Source of the DNA: a virus
Lineage: Duplodnaviria; Caudoviricetes
Strand: one strand, 5' to 3'
DNA: 29,020 bases
IMG/VR virus record: IMGVR_UViG_3300028569_000128
Coordinates: 1 to 29,020 of that record
The translations under genes were made by a program, and so were the position numbers. This document shows positions 15,452 to 25,071 of this stretch, in pieces. The notes below the pieces were generated by a model. The model saw nothing but the letters and a program-made list of their open reading frames with translations. It was not told the origin of the DNA and searched no databases. Positions within the stretch are counted from its first letter, which is position 1. The number at the start of each line of letters is the position of its first letter.

Positions 15452-15663
15452 ATAGCAAACCGTTTCTACCAAAGCTGAAGGGGATGATTAACAGTCCCCA
15501 TATGTGGGATGCTTTTGTTGATAAGCTTGATTATGATATTGAGCAACACCAACGTAAGTTGGAACAATCTACAGAACTGATTGAAGTGTTTAAGGCTCAA
15601 GGAGCAATTGTTGCATTGCGTCAGCTAAAGTATTTGAAAGAAGAGATAACTCATGCAAACTGA
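15448..15663 (+). CDS. small conserved head-module protein
   Basis: 71 aa, helical, FKAQGAIVALRQL; coupled to both neighbours. Confidence 0.8.
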   Translation: MNSKPFLPKLKGMINSPHMWDAFVDKLDYDIEQHQRKLEQSTELIEVFKAQGAIVALRQLKYLKEEITHAN

Positions 15664-17146
15664 AATGAATAAACTATTTGCCGAAGGCGGTATTATGCAA
15701 CAGGGCGGCACTGTCGATCCTGTATCCGGTAACGATGTACCACCCGGTGCTATGGCAGAAGAAGTCAGGGACGACATCGACGCTAAACTTAGCGAAGGCG
15801 AGTTTGTTTTTCCTGCTGATGTAGTGCGTTATGTTGGTCTTGATACATTAATGAAGATTCGTGACAAAGCCAAGGCTGGTCTTAAACGTATGAATGAAAT
15901 TGGTCAGATGGGTAATGCTGAAGAAGTCCCTGATGCCGAAGCTCTGCATGGTGGTAAAGATGAAATGGATGATGAAGCTTTCTCGTCTGAGATTGATTCC
16001 ATTATGAGTGAAGATGGTGGTCAAGAGTATGCAGCAGGTGGTGATGTACGTAAGTATGATGCAGGTGGTTATGTTGGTGGCACTGCAAATCAACAACTAT
16101 ATAGAGATGCACCCATTCGTGGTTTTGAAATGGTAGAGATGGTGAATAAAGAAGGTCAAACTATTTACATCCCATTCATTAATGGTCGACCTCAGTTGTC
16201 CATTCCTCAAGGATATACAGTTAAGTCATCTGATGTGACCACTACAACACCAACAACACCTGTAACTGGTACAGGCACACCCACTCCACAACCTACTGAT
16301 GGTGCTGGTGGTGTTGGTGATGGTGCTCCCGCTGCACCATCGTCACCGGGCTTTACTATTGGGGAAGATGGATTTGCTACACCTAATGAAACAAGTCCCA
16401 CTATTGGTTCTGCACTAGGTGGGTTTGTTGGTACAATGGCAGGATTGCCTCCCGCATTGACATCACAGATTGGCAAATCTATCGTTAGCCAATCAAACTT
16501 TGAAAATTCTCAAGCCGCAATGTCTTTCAACGTAGCTGTTGCTGATACTACGGCACCAGCAAACCTTGAAGGTATAACAACAGCAGCCGCTACTGCTGGA
16601 CCTACTGGTACAGGTGGTGCTGCTGCCTCCGCTGCTACATCTGCTGCTGCTGCTGCCTCTGCCGCTGGTATGAGTAATGCTGCAATTGCTGCTGCTGCAC
16701 AAGCTGCTGCCGATGCCACAATTGGTGGTGCAACTCCTTCTCAGGCCGCAGAACAAGGAAACGCCGCTGCTGTCAGTGTCAGTATATCAGAGGGTAATAT
16801 TGCCGCTGCTGGCGCTACTGGTATTACCCCTGCCGATACTGGCGTGGTCGGTGATGAAGGTCCGGGCACAGGTAACGATGCTAACGTTGGTGATGCACCG
16901 CCCGGTGGTGGCGAAGCTCCTTCAGTTGGTGATACTGCATCTGATGGTGTTGCTGCTGCTGATGGTGTAGGTGCTGATGGTCCCGGTGTAGGCACTGGTG
17001 ATGGGGTAGGCGGTGGTGGTGCTTCTGCTGGTGATGGTTCTGGTCCCGGATCAGGAGATGGTGGTTATGCCAAAGGTGGATTTGTATCTAAGAAGAAGAA
17101 AACTACAGCACCTAAATCAACATCGCTAGTGTCTCGTCGTAACTAA
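15653..17146 (+). CDS. putative head/internal virion protein with DDIDAKLSEGEFV domain, multiple xxxGG motifs and an Ala/Gly-rich tail
   Basis: FAEGG, MQQGG, YAAGG, YDAGG, YAKGG; lies between portal and scaffold. Confidence 0.8.
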   Translation: MQTEMNKLFAEGGIMQQGGTVDPVSGNDVPPGAMAEEVRDDIDAKLSEGEFVFPADVVRYVGLDTLMKIRDKAKAGLKRMNEIGQMGNAEEVPDAEALHGGKDEMDDEAFSSEIDSIMSEDGGQEYAAGGDVRKYDAGGYVGGTANQQLYRDAPIRGFEMVEMVNKEGQTIYIPFINGRPQLSIPQGYTVKSSDVTTTTPTTPVTGTGTPTPQPTDGAGGVGDGAPAAPSSPGFTIGEDGFATPNETSPTIGSALGGFVGTMAGLPPALTSQIGKSIVSQSNFENSQAAMSFNVAVADTTAPANLEGITTAAATAGPTGTGGAAASAATSAAAAASAAGMSNAAIAAAAQAAADATIGGATPSQAAEQGNAAAVSVSISEGNIAAAGATGITPADTGVVGDEGPGTGNDANVGDAPPGGGEAPSVGDTASDGVAAADGVGADGPGVGTGDGVGGGGASAGDGSGPGSGDGGYAKGGFVSKKKKTTAPKSTSLVSRRN

Positions 17147-17159
17147 GCTATAATATAAA

Positions 17160-17258
17160 TGCTAAAGTCTGTGGTGGGCAGACTAGCACTTAATAACACC
17201 CACCATCATTGGCTACCTCTCTCCGAGACATGTTGTCTCCTACAGTGCAGCCCCAACT
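17160..17258 (+). ncRNA. candidate structured 5' leader (pseudoknot) of the scaffold gene
   Basis: Stem AGTCTG/CAGACT with loop TGGTGGG complementary to CCCACCA (17199-17205); then GGCT..AGCC enclosing a GAGACA/TGTCTC hairpin. Confidence 0.5.
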
Positions 17259-17270
17259 TAAAAGGTATTT

Positions 17271-18140
17271 ATGACTGAAGTAGTCTTGGAACAGAAACCA
17301 CAGGCGGTGGCGATTTCTTCGTTTGGTAAACGCAACACCAATCGTGACCGCATCGAACGTGAAGAAGAAGAGTTGAAACAACTTGATGAAGCTAATGCAG
17401 GCAAGGCTGCATCTTCTGAAGATGGTGAAGACGACACAAACTTGTCAGCAGAAGAGAAAAGCTTTAAGAAGCGCTATGGTGATCTTCGTCGACATTCACA
17501 GCAACAGCAACTAAGTCTTCAGAAACAAGTTGATGAGTTGCGTAGTCAGCTTACTCAGTCTACCGAGAAACAAATTAAGCTGCCAACAAATGAAGAAGAC
17601 TTGGCTAAGTGGGCAGCAACCTATCCTGATGTGGCAAAGATTGTAGAAACCATTGCCATTAAGAAAGCCAAAGAACAAACTGCTTCAATGGAACAACGCT
17701 TTGCTGCATTGGATGAGCAAGAGAAACTAACAGCACGTGAGAAGGCCGAATTGGAACTCACAAGGATTCATCCAGACTTTGACGCAATTCGAGATACAGA
17801 TGATTTCCATACTTGGGCAGATGAACAACCTAAGTGGGTACAAGATGCTCTATATGAGAATGATACAGATGCTCGTTCTGCTGCTCGTGCCATTGATCTT
17901 TATAAGGCTGATCGCAACATTGCTAAAGCGAAAGCAAAGAAGGAAGACAATTCTGCTGCACAGGGTATCCGCACCCGTGGCGAACGATCTGCTCCAACAG
18001 GTAAAGACACCGAAGGCGTAATCTATGAGTCACAAGTGGCTAAGATGACCAGCCTGCAGTATGAAAAGAATGAACCAGCTATTACCGCTGCAATGCAAAG
18101 TGGTAAGTTTGTATACGATTTGAGTGCTGGCGCACGATAA
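17271..18140 (+). CDS. capsid scaffolding protein
   Basis: Acidic coiled coil (FKKRYGDLRRH, HPDFDAIR) directly upstream of the major capsid gene; AAGGT RBS. Confidence 0.85.
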   Translation: MTEVVLEQKPQAVAISSFGKRNTNRDRIEREEEELKQLDEANAGKAASSEDGEDDTNLSAEEKSFKKRYGDLRRHSQQQQLSLQKQVDELRSQLTQSTEKQIKLPTNEEDLAKWAATYPDVAKIVETIAIKKAKEQTASMEQRFAALDEQEKLTAREKAELELTRIHPDFDAIRDTDDFHTWADEQPKWVQDALYENDTDARSAARAIDLYKADRNIAKAKAKKEDNSAAQGIRTRGERSAPTGKDTEGVIYESQVAKMTSLQYEKNEPAITAAMQSGKFVYDLSAGAR

Positions 18141-18143
18141 TAG

Positions 18144-18173
18144 TTGACACGGACTTGAAAAGTCTGGTATAAC
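18144..18173 (+). promoter_or_regulatory. sigma70-like promoter for the capsid gene
   Basis: TTGACA-18 bp-TATAAC with TG extension. Confidence 0.65.
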
Positions 18174-18489
18174 TTTTAACATGAGTAAGACAATTGTATT
18201 TTGTACAGTCGTCTTCTCTGTTAAACGTTGAACTGTCATAGCTCTATTGCCGACAATAGCTTTGTCCACCGATAGTAAATGTAATGTTCAATATTAGTAA
18301 AGCAACAGAGACAATAGTTTTTGTTGTTGTTAGCGCAAAACGTTAGTAAGCAGACAACCTAGTCGATCTAGCCTATACGAATACCCTAATAGCTAGGGGG
18401 TATTCTTATACACCTAGAAGAGACAGCCCTGTGGACTATGTCAGCGTATGTTTTATATGTATGCCAATATATCTATAGGAGATTTTAAA

Positions 18490-19560
18490 ATGGCTTTTCC
18501 TTCAGCAACGGGCTATAACAGCCTACCCAATGGTAATTTCAGTGCTGTAATTTACAGCAAAAAAGTACAACTTGCGTTTCGCAAATCTTCGGTCGTCGAA
18601 GACATCACCAACAACGACTACTTCGGTGAAATCGCTCAAATGGGCGACAGCGTTAAAATCATCAAAGAGCCAGAAGTTTCGGTTCAGCCTTACAAGCGTG
18701 GCACTCAGATCACTGCTCAAGACTTGGACGACGAAGACTTCACACTGGTTGTTGACCAGTCGAACTTCTTTGCCTTCAAGATTGACGACATCGAAGCTGC
18801 TCACTCGCATGTGAACTTTATGCAAATGGCTACTGACCGCGCTGCCTATCGCTTGCGTGACCAATATGACCAAGACGTGTTGGGTTACTTGTCCGGTTTC
18901 ACTCAGTCTGCTCTGCACGGCAATCCCGATACTGTCCGTACCACTTTCCCCGGTACTAAAGCTATCGCCACTGCTGGCTCTGACGAACTGTTGTCCAACA
19001 TGAAACTGAGCCGTCCTAGCTTCGGTAACCTGACTAGCGCTGGTAGCTCTGGCGATTCCATTCCTTTGGCACCTCGTCTGCCCGGTGCAACTGCAATGCC
19101 CACTACCACTGTTTCGCCTTTGATGGTGATTGCACGTATGGGTCGTCTGTTGGATCAGCAGTTTGTTGACACCCAAGGTCGTTGGTTGGTCGTCGACCCA
19201 GTGTTCATCGAAATGTTGAAGGACGAAGACAGCCGCTTGTTGAACGCCGACTTCGGTGGTTCCGGTCTGCAAAACGGTCTGGTCATCAACAACCTGCATG
19301 GCTTCCGTGTGTATGTGTCGAACAACACTCCTAAGGTTGGTACTGGTCCCGGCACTGCTGGTGCTTCTGCTCAGTCCAGCAACTTCGGTGTGATCGTTGC
19401 TGGTCAAGACGCTGCTGTGGCAACTGCTCAGCAAATCAACAAGACCGAGACTTACCGCGATCCCGACAGCTTTGCTGACATCGTGCGTGGTATGCACCTG
19501 TACGGAAGAAAAATACTTCGTCCGGAAGCTATCGTAACTGCAAAGTACAACGTAGCGTAA
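18490..19560 (+). CDS. major capsid protein (HK97 fold, P22-gp5/N4-like)
   Basis: AGGAG RBS; GDSVKII, FAFKIDDIE, RDPDSFADIVRGMHLYGRKILRPE; strong high-expression codon bias. Confidence 0.95.
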   Translation: MAFPSATGYNSLPNGNFSAVIYSKKVQLAFRKSSVVEDITNNDYFGEIAQMGDSVKIIKEPEVSVQPYKRGTQITAQDLDDEDFTLVVDQSNFFAFKIDDIEAAHSHVNFMQMATDRAAYRLRDQYDQDVLGYLSGFTQSALHGNPDTVRTTFPGTKAIATAGSDELLSNMKLSRPSFGNLTSAGSSGDSIPLAPRLPGATAMPTTTVSPLMVIARMGRLLDQQFVDTQGRWLVVDPVFIEMLKDEDSRLLNADFGGSGLQNGLVINNLHGFRVYVSNNTPKVGTGPGTAGASAQSSNFGVIVAGQDAAVATAQQINKTETYRDPDSFADIVRGMHLYGRKILRPEAIVTAKYNVA

Positions 19561-19577
19561 TGTGCTAATATAGCGAT

Positions 19578-20015
19578 ATGAAAACACCGCTGCAACTCAG
19601 AGAAGATCATCCCCATAAACATGGGAGGAACTGCACTGATTGTGGCGTGTTTAAGTTGGCTAGTGAGTTTAACTTAGAGCGTGATATTAAAGCTGTTGGT
19701 GGGGTGACAATGCGAGCGCAATGTCGTCCGTGCCGTGAGCATGTCAAGTGGAAGTCTTTCATTCAACGTACCTACGGTATCAATGCCGAAGAATACTACG
19801 ACATGTTAGCTGCCCAAGATAACAAGTGTGCTATCTGTGAATCTGAAGAAGTAAACAACTCCAGAATCTCTAGTGGTAAATTGTTTATCGATCATTGTCA
19901 TGACACTGGTAAGGTCCGAGGTCTTCTCTGTTCTAAGTGTAATCACTCCATCGGTCTTCTGAACGATGATGTTGACTTGCTTCGTAAAGCTATCGATTAT
20001 TTAACCAACTCTTAA
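19578..20015 (+). CDS. endonuclease VII-like homing endonuclease
   Basis: YGI..EEY..ML..Q..KCAIC, IDHCHDTGKVRGLLCSKCN. Confidence 0.92.
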   Translation: MKTPLQLREDHPHKHGRNCTDCGVFKLASEFNLERDIKAVGGVTMRAQCRPCREHVKWKSFIQRTYGINAEEYYDMLAAQDNKCAICESEEVNNSRISSGKLFIDHCHDTGKVRGLLCSKCNHSIGLLNDDVDLLRKAIDYLTNS

Positions 20016-20027
20016 AGGAAATTTAAA

Positions 20028-20516
20028 ATGGCTACTGTTACTACCCTTGCTGGTGGCGCTTCCGCTGGTCGCACTGCTGGCTCCGTGCCTTATCTGGTCG
20101 ATAAAACTATCGACTTCGCTGCTGCTGCAACTGCTAAAGGTTCTGCCTTGGCTTCTGCTGACGTTATCGAATGCATCTCTGTTCCCGTCAACACTGTCAT
20201 CTTGAATGCTGGTATTGAAATCATCACAGTTTTAGGTGGCGAGTCAAACGATACCACATTTGACTTAGGCACTGGCACTGATGCTGATAACTTTGTTGAC
20301 GGCTTTGATGCTGATGCTGCTGCTGCTGGTGCTTATGCACAAAACGCTGCTGCGTTTCAGCCTATCGTAGTTGGTGCAACTGCTGACACAATCGACATTA
20401 CGATTGCTACAGCTACAACCGCCCCCACTTCTGGTGTTGCTCGTGTGTGGGCTGTGTTGATGAACGTCGATGGCCGCATTGCTGCCGACGAAGTCGACCG
20501 CGACCAATTGGCCTAA
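20028..20516 (+). CDS. capsid decoration / minor capsid protein
   Basis: Ala/Thr-rich beta protein after the capsid gene; AAGGA RBS; followed by a terminator. Confidence 0.75.
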   Translation: MATVTTLAGGASAGRTAGSVPYLVDKTIDFAAAATAKGSALASADVIECISVPVNTVILNAGIEIITVLGGESNDTTFDLGTGTDADNFVDGFDADAAAAGAYAQNAAAFQPIVVGATADTIDITIATATTAPTSGVARVWAVLMNVDGRIAADEVDRDQLA

Positions 20517-20532
20517 TCTTTTAGGCTGACCT

Positions 20533-20573
20533 AAGAGGGAGGGTCTTTAACGAGACTCTCCCTTTTGTTGTTT
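20533..20573 (+). terminator. rho-independent terminator
   Basis: AGGGAGGGTCT-ttaacg-AGACTCTCCCT then TTTGTTGTTT. Confidence 0.85.
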
Positions 20574-20593
20574 GAAATATACAGGAACATATT

Positions 20594-21037
20594 ATGGCTA
20601 TCACATCTGCACTCTGCACCAGCTTTAAGAAAGAATTGTTGGAGCGCAAGCACGACTTCAACGCCACTAGTGGTCACACATTCAAGATTGCTTTGTATAC
20701 ATCGGCTGCATCTCTTGATGCTGCCACTACTGCTTACACTACTAGCAACGAAGTTGTTGGCACAGGCTACACAGCAGGTGGCGTGACATTGACCAATATT
20801 GATCCAACATCATCGGGCACCACAGCCTTCGTAGACTTTGCTGATGCGACATGGGCCAGTGCAACCATCACTGCTGCTGGTGCTCTCATTTATAATACTA
20901 CCACTGACGGTGGCTCTACCACAACCAATGCTGTTGCTGTCATCTCCTTTGGTGGTGACAAGACTTCGACAAACGGTGACTTTGTTGTGCAGTTCCCTGC
21001 AGCAGACGCTTCCAACGCTATTATTCGTTTGGCATAA
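20594..21037 (+). CDS. virion structural protein (fibre-associated)
   Basis: SFKKELL..HDF..TFKIALYTS..NEV.GTGYTAGG motif. Confidence 0.8.
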   Translation: MAITSALCTSFKKELLERKHDFNATSGHTFKIALYTSAASLDAATTAYTTSNEVVGTGYTAGGVTLTNIDPTSSGTTAFVDFADATWASATITAAGALIYNTTTDGGSTTTNAVAVISFGGDKTSTNGDFVVQFPAADASNAIIRLA

Positions 21038-21047
21038 GGTTGCTTAA

Positions 21048-22016
21048 ATGGCAACAACAACACGCACTGGCGCTATATACGGTATTGGTACTTATGGCAC
21101 CAGTCGTTATGGCATCAGTAATGTTGCTTACGTTCCAGACGGTGTAGTTGCTACAGGTGTTGTAGGCAGTGTAGTTGTTGTCGCTAAAGTCAACACGTCA
21201 GTGGTCGGCCTTGCCTCTACATGTGTTGTAGGCAGTGTAGGTGTTGTAGGCGTTGCAGTTACTAGCGTTGCTGGTGTTGTCTCTACAGGCTTTGTTGGCA
21301 CTGTATCACTATCGCTTGGTCTTAGAACTGTTGTAGGTGGTGTAGTTGCTACAGGTGCTGTAGGTAGTTTGGTTGTTGTCGCTAAAGCCAACACATCATT
21401 GGTCGGTGTTGTATCTACAGGTGTTGTCGGTACAACAACGGTTGTTGCCTATGCGACAACACTTGTCACAGGTAGTCAATCTGTTGGTGCTGTTGGTACA
21501 CCAGATGTTCGCTCTATCAACCGTATACCTGTAGATGGTATAGTTGCAACATGTAGTATAGGTGATGTAACAATTGTTGCAGATTCTAACATTGCTGTTG
21601 TTACAAACGAAATTGTTGTTACACTAGGCAGTGTTGTTGCTAAAGCATCGTCGCTTGTTGCTGTCAGTGGTGTATTCGCAACAGGTGTTATTGGTAATGT
21701 TTCCATTGCTGAGAATGCTAGACCAACCTTTGATGGTGTAAGCGCTCAGTGTTTGCTTGGTAATGTATCTATCTCTGTAACAGTGTTTGACTATAACGCT
21801 GTTGCTTCTTTGTATGCTAGAACTAGAACAGTGTTTGTGGCTAGAAAAACTAGCAGTAAAGAAAGAACAATAGATGTTGCTACTCAGCCACGTATTGTGT
21901 ACATAGAAGCTAGGTCTACACCATCCACACGAACTTATAACGTGTCGACAGAAGAAAGAAAAGCGTACACGTATAGAAAGAATAGCTCTTCTGATAGAGC
22001 AGTATTGGTAGATTAA
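21048..22016 (+). CDS. Val/Gly/Thr-rich repetitive fibre-like protein
   Basis: Repeats of about 23 aa, V.GVVATG.VG.V.VV. Confidence 0.75.
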   Translation: MATTTRTGAIYGIGTYGTSRYGISNVAYVPDGVVATGVVGSVVVVAKVNTSVVGLASTCVVGSVGVVGVAVTSVAGVVSTGFVGTVSLSLGLRTVVGGVVATGAVGSLVVVAKANTSLVGVVSTGVVGTTTVVAYATTLVTGSQSVGAVGTPDVRSINRIPVDGIVATCSIGDVTIVADSNIAVVTNEIVVTLGSVVAKASSLVAVSGVFATGVIGNVSIAENARPTFDGVSAQCLLGNVSISVTVFDYNAVASLYARTRTVFVARKTSSKERTIDVATQPRIVYIEARSTPSTRTYNVSTEERKAYTYRKNSSSDRAVLVD

Positions 22017-22035
22017 AGAGTGTTAGAGGAAATAT

Positions 22036-22353
22036 ATGTCGTTTAAATGGCCTCCAAAAGATAAAGATGAACTGTTGGACTACAGCGTAGACTGGTCACG
22101 GTTCTTAGATGCTGCTACTATTAGTAGTATCACTTGGTTTGTTGATAATGCTGATGGTGTAAAGACTCAGATTAATGCAGGTGTTACCATTAATGGTATT
22201 CAGAACGTTTCTCAAACCATTAGCGGTAGTGTTGCCACTATCAATCTTGGTCTTGGTACAGCCAACTATGATTATAAGTTCACATGCCGTATGCAAGACA
22301 ATACAGGTAGTATTGCTGAGCGAGTTATTCGCTTGAAGATAAAGGAACAATAA
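22036..22353 (+). CDS. fibre-tail adaptor-like protein
   Basis: KDKDELLDYSVDW motif; GAGGA RBS. Confidence 0.75.
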   Translation: MSFKWPPKDKDELLDYSVDWSRFLDAATISSITWFVDNADGVKTQINAGVTINGIQNVSQTISGSVATINLGLGTANYDYKFTCRMQDNTGSIAERVIRLKIKEQ

Positions 22354-22354
22354 T

Positions 22355-23083
22355 ATGGCATACGATTATATCGGCCTTGTCAATGAAGTGAACCGTCGAC
22401 TCAATGAAGTTGAACTCACATCTGGCAACTTCTCTACAGCTAAGGGTTTCTACTCACAGGTTAAGGACAGTGTTAATGCATCGTTGCGTGACATTTCACA
22501 AACAACATATGAGTGGCCTTTCAATCATGTGATTGCTGAAGAAACTTTAACAGCAGGAACAACACGATATGCTTTTCCTAATGATGCGGGGTCGATTGAC
22601 TTCGATACCTTTCGTATCAAGGAAAGCTCTACATTGGGTAATGACACAGTAAAGCTGGATGTTGTTTCCTATGAAGACTACTTAGAAAACTCTATCGATC
22701 AAGAGTATGGTGATAACACTTCTAAACGTGAAGTTCCTATTGCTGTGTTTCAAACCACAAGTTTGGAATGGGGCATTACACCACCACCTGATAAAGACTA
22801 TGAAATCATCTACGAATACTTTCGCGTTCCAGTAGACCTTCAAAGCTCTACAGATGTTCCGTCTGTTCCAGAGCGTTTTCGTCATGTCATTATTGATGGT
22901 GCTATGTATCATGCTTACATGTTTCGTAGCAACGAACAAGCCGCCAACATTACCAAGAGTAAGTTTGAAGAAGGCTTAAAGCGTATGCGTACCATCTTGG
23001 TAAATCGTTATACATACATGCGGTCTACTGCCATCATTCAATCAGGTAATGGGTATAATGCTTTTGGTAGCCGGGTGCGATAA
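22355..23083 (+). CDS. head-tail adaptor / tail tubular protein A-like
   Basis: YIGLVNEVNRRLNEV...PPPDKDY...PERFRHVIIDGA; podophage synteny. Confidence 0.8.
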   Translation: MAYDYIGLVNEVNRRLNEVELTSGNFSTAKGFYSQVKDSVNASLRDISQTTYEWPFNHVIAEETLTAGTTRYAFPNDAGSIDFDTFRIKESSTLGNDTVKLDVVSYEDYLENSIDQEYGDNTSKREVPIAVFQTTSLEWGITPPPDKDYEIIYEYFRVPVDLQSSTDVPSVPERFRHVIIDGAMYHAYMFRSNEQAANITKSKFEEGLKRMRTILVNRYTYMRSTAIIQSGNGYNAFGSRVR

Positions 23084-25068
23084 TGGCTGACGGACTACAG
23101 ACATATCCTTTTGAGTTCCGTGGTGGACTCATCTCTAACCTGTCTCCGTTACAGCATGGTACACAGGCACCCGGTAGCGCTCGTCTGCTGAAGAACTTTG
23201 AACCGTCCACTGATGGTGGTTATAAACGTATCGAAGGCTACGACAAATATTCAAGCTCGTTTGTACCAGCATATGGCGAACCAAAGGTGCAGGGGTCTGG
23301 ACAGACTGGCACAACCCTTGTCATTGCCAACATCTACACCACTCCTTCTGAAGGCTCCACTTTCACCATTGCTGGTGTGGCTGGTACATACACTGTAGCT
23401 GTTGGTGGTGTATCGTTCAGTAGTGCGAACAAGCAAGCAACACTAACTTTGACAACATCGATGGCATCTAGTCCAGCCGATAAAGCTGCTGTGACATTCA
23501 CCAGTCATACAGGCACCATCAAAGGTGTTGTTGCTTGGAACGAGACAGTGTTGTCCTATCGCAACTCTGACATCCATTCCACCACTGGCACAACACACAC
23601 TAAAGTGTCTAAGCCTTCGTATGGAACAGTGTTGGTAAATGGTGGTTCTCAGACGGGTGCTACATTGAACGTTGACGGTTTGACAGGCACTCCACAGATT
23701 GGTGACACCTTCTCCATCGCTGGTGTTGAGAAAGTGTACACAGTGTTGGCTGTACCAACTGTGACATCTGGTGCTGCTGCATTGTCCATTAACCCGTCAT
23801 TGGCATCTAGCCCTGCAGACAATGCAGTTATCACTATGCTGTCGTGTGACAGAAGCGGTGGTGGTAAGTTGCGTGTTGCTAAGTACAGGGTGGCTGGTGT
23901 TGATAAGGTGATGGCTGTTGATGGTTTCAACGTTCCGTTCATATGGAATGGCACAACCTTCACTGAGCTTACATCTGCTCCGTCTGATGTAGTTGGTGCA
24001 AGCTTTGTCACTTACCATAAAAATCAAATGTTCTTTGCTAAGGGTGAAGTTTTGACATTTACGTCACCTTATACTGACAATGATTTCAATGCAGCTAATG
24101 GGGCTGGTGTCATTGCTGTTGGTGGACTCATCACAGGACTCATTCCTTTTCGTGAAGCTCTCATCATCTTCACAGACAAAACCATTAGTCAACTTGTCGG
24201 AAATACTTTACAAGATTTTGTATTGCAACCTGTCACAAGTAAGGTGGGTTGTGTTGCTCCTGACACTATTCAAGAAATTGGTGGTGATGTAATATTCTTA
24301 GGGCCAGAAGGGTTGCGTCTGTTTAGTGCTACAGATCGTGTTGGTGATTTTAACTTGGGTGTGGTATCAAAGCCTATTCAGAATGAAATGACAGCGCTTA
24401 TTGCCTCCAGTATTAGCTTTGCTAGTGTAGTGATTAAGCAGAAGTCGCAATACCGCATATTTGGATATAATACTACAGGTATTTCTACAGCAAACGCCAA
24501 AGGTGTCTTAGGTACACAGATGGTGGGTGACAACACAAGCACTATGTCGTGGGCTGAGACATTGGGTATCAAAGCCTATGTTGCTGATGGTGATTATGAA
24601 AACCAAACAGAGACATTGGTGTTTGCTCACGACGATGGCTACATCTATGAGATGGAAAGTGGTAACAGCTTTGACGGCTCTAACATCATTGCTTCGTTTG
24701 CTACACCGTTTGTTTCAATTAATGATCCACGTATTCGTAAGACGTTCTATAAACTGTTTCTCTACACAGACCCTCAAGGGGGTGTCACCACTTCTGTCAA
24801 TTTGAAGCTAGACTTTGATACAGAAGGTAGTGTTCAACCTGAGACTATTCAGTTGTCTAACGAGACAGTTGGTGTTATAAGTTTTTACGGAACCTCCAAT
24901 GCCCGATATGGTACTACTGTATACGGAAACAAGTTGGTGAAGTTGTTTGAGACTCAAGTGGTTGGGTCGGCTTTTAGCGTGTCGCTACAGTTTTTATCGG
25001 ATGGACAAAACCCTCCATTCAGCTTAGACGCAGCAACTTTAGAATTTGCAACACATGACAGACGTTAA
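23083..25068 (+). CDS. tail nozzle / tail tubular protein B-like (beta-propeller) with two inserted repeat modules
   Basis: GGL...GGYKRIEGY, VGCVAPDTIQEIGGDVIFLGPEGLR; follows the adaptor gene. Confidence 0.8.
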   Translation: MADGLQTYPFEFRGGLISNLSPLQHGTQAPGSARLLKNFEPSTDGGYKRIEGYDKYSSSFVPAYGEPKVQGSGQTGTTLVIANIYTTPSEGSTFTIAGVAGTYTVAVGGVSFSSANKQATLTLTTSMASSPADKAAVTFTSHTGTIKGVVAWNETVLSYRNSDIHSTTGTTHTKVSKPSYGTVLVNGGSQTGATLNVDGLTGTPQIGDTFSIAGVEKVYTVLAVPTVTSGAAALSINPSLASSPADNAVITMLSCDRSGGGKLRVAKYRVAGVDKVMAVDGFNVPFIWNGTTFTELTSAPSDVVGASFVTYHKNQMFFAKGEVLTFTSPYTDNDFNAANGAGVIAVGGLITGLIPFREALIIFTDKTISQLVGNTLQDFVLQPVTSKVGCVAPDTIQEIGGDVIFLGPEGLRLFSATDRVGDFNLGVVSKPIQNEMTALIASSISFASVVIKQKSQYRIFGYNTTGISTANAKGVLGTQMVGDNTSTMSWAETLGIKAYVADGDYENQTETLVFAHDDGYIYEMESGNSFDGSNIIASFATPFVSINDPRIRKTFYKLFLYTDPQGGVTTSVNLKLDFDTEGSVQPETIQLSNETVGVISFYGTSNARYGTTVYGNKLVKLFETQVVGSAFSVSLQFLSDGQNPPFSLDAATLEFATHDRR

Positions 25069-25071
25069 AGC

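Noticed and set aside
16560-17070. GCT/GGT-rich stretch as a separate repeat element
   Set aside because: Explained by the Ala/Gly-rich low-complexity coding sequence.
18523-19587. 354-aa antisense ORF over the capsid gene
   Set aside because: Typical shadow ORF caused by strong codon bias; no RBS or recognisable motif.
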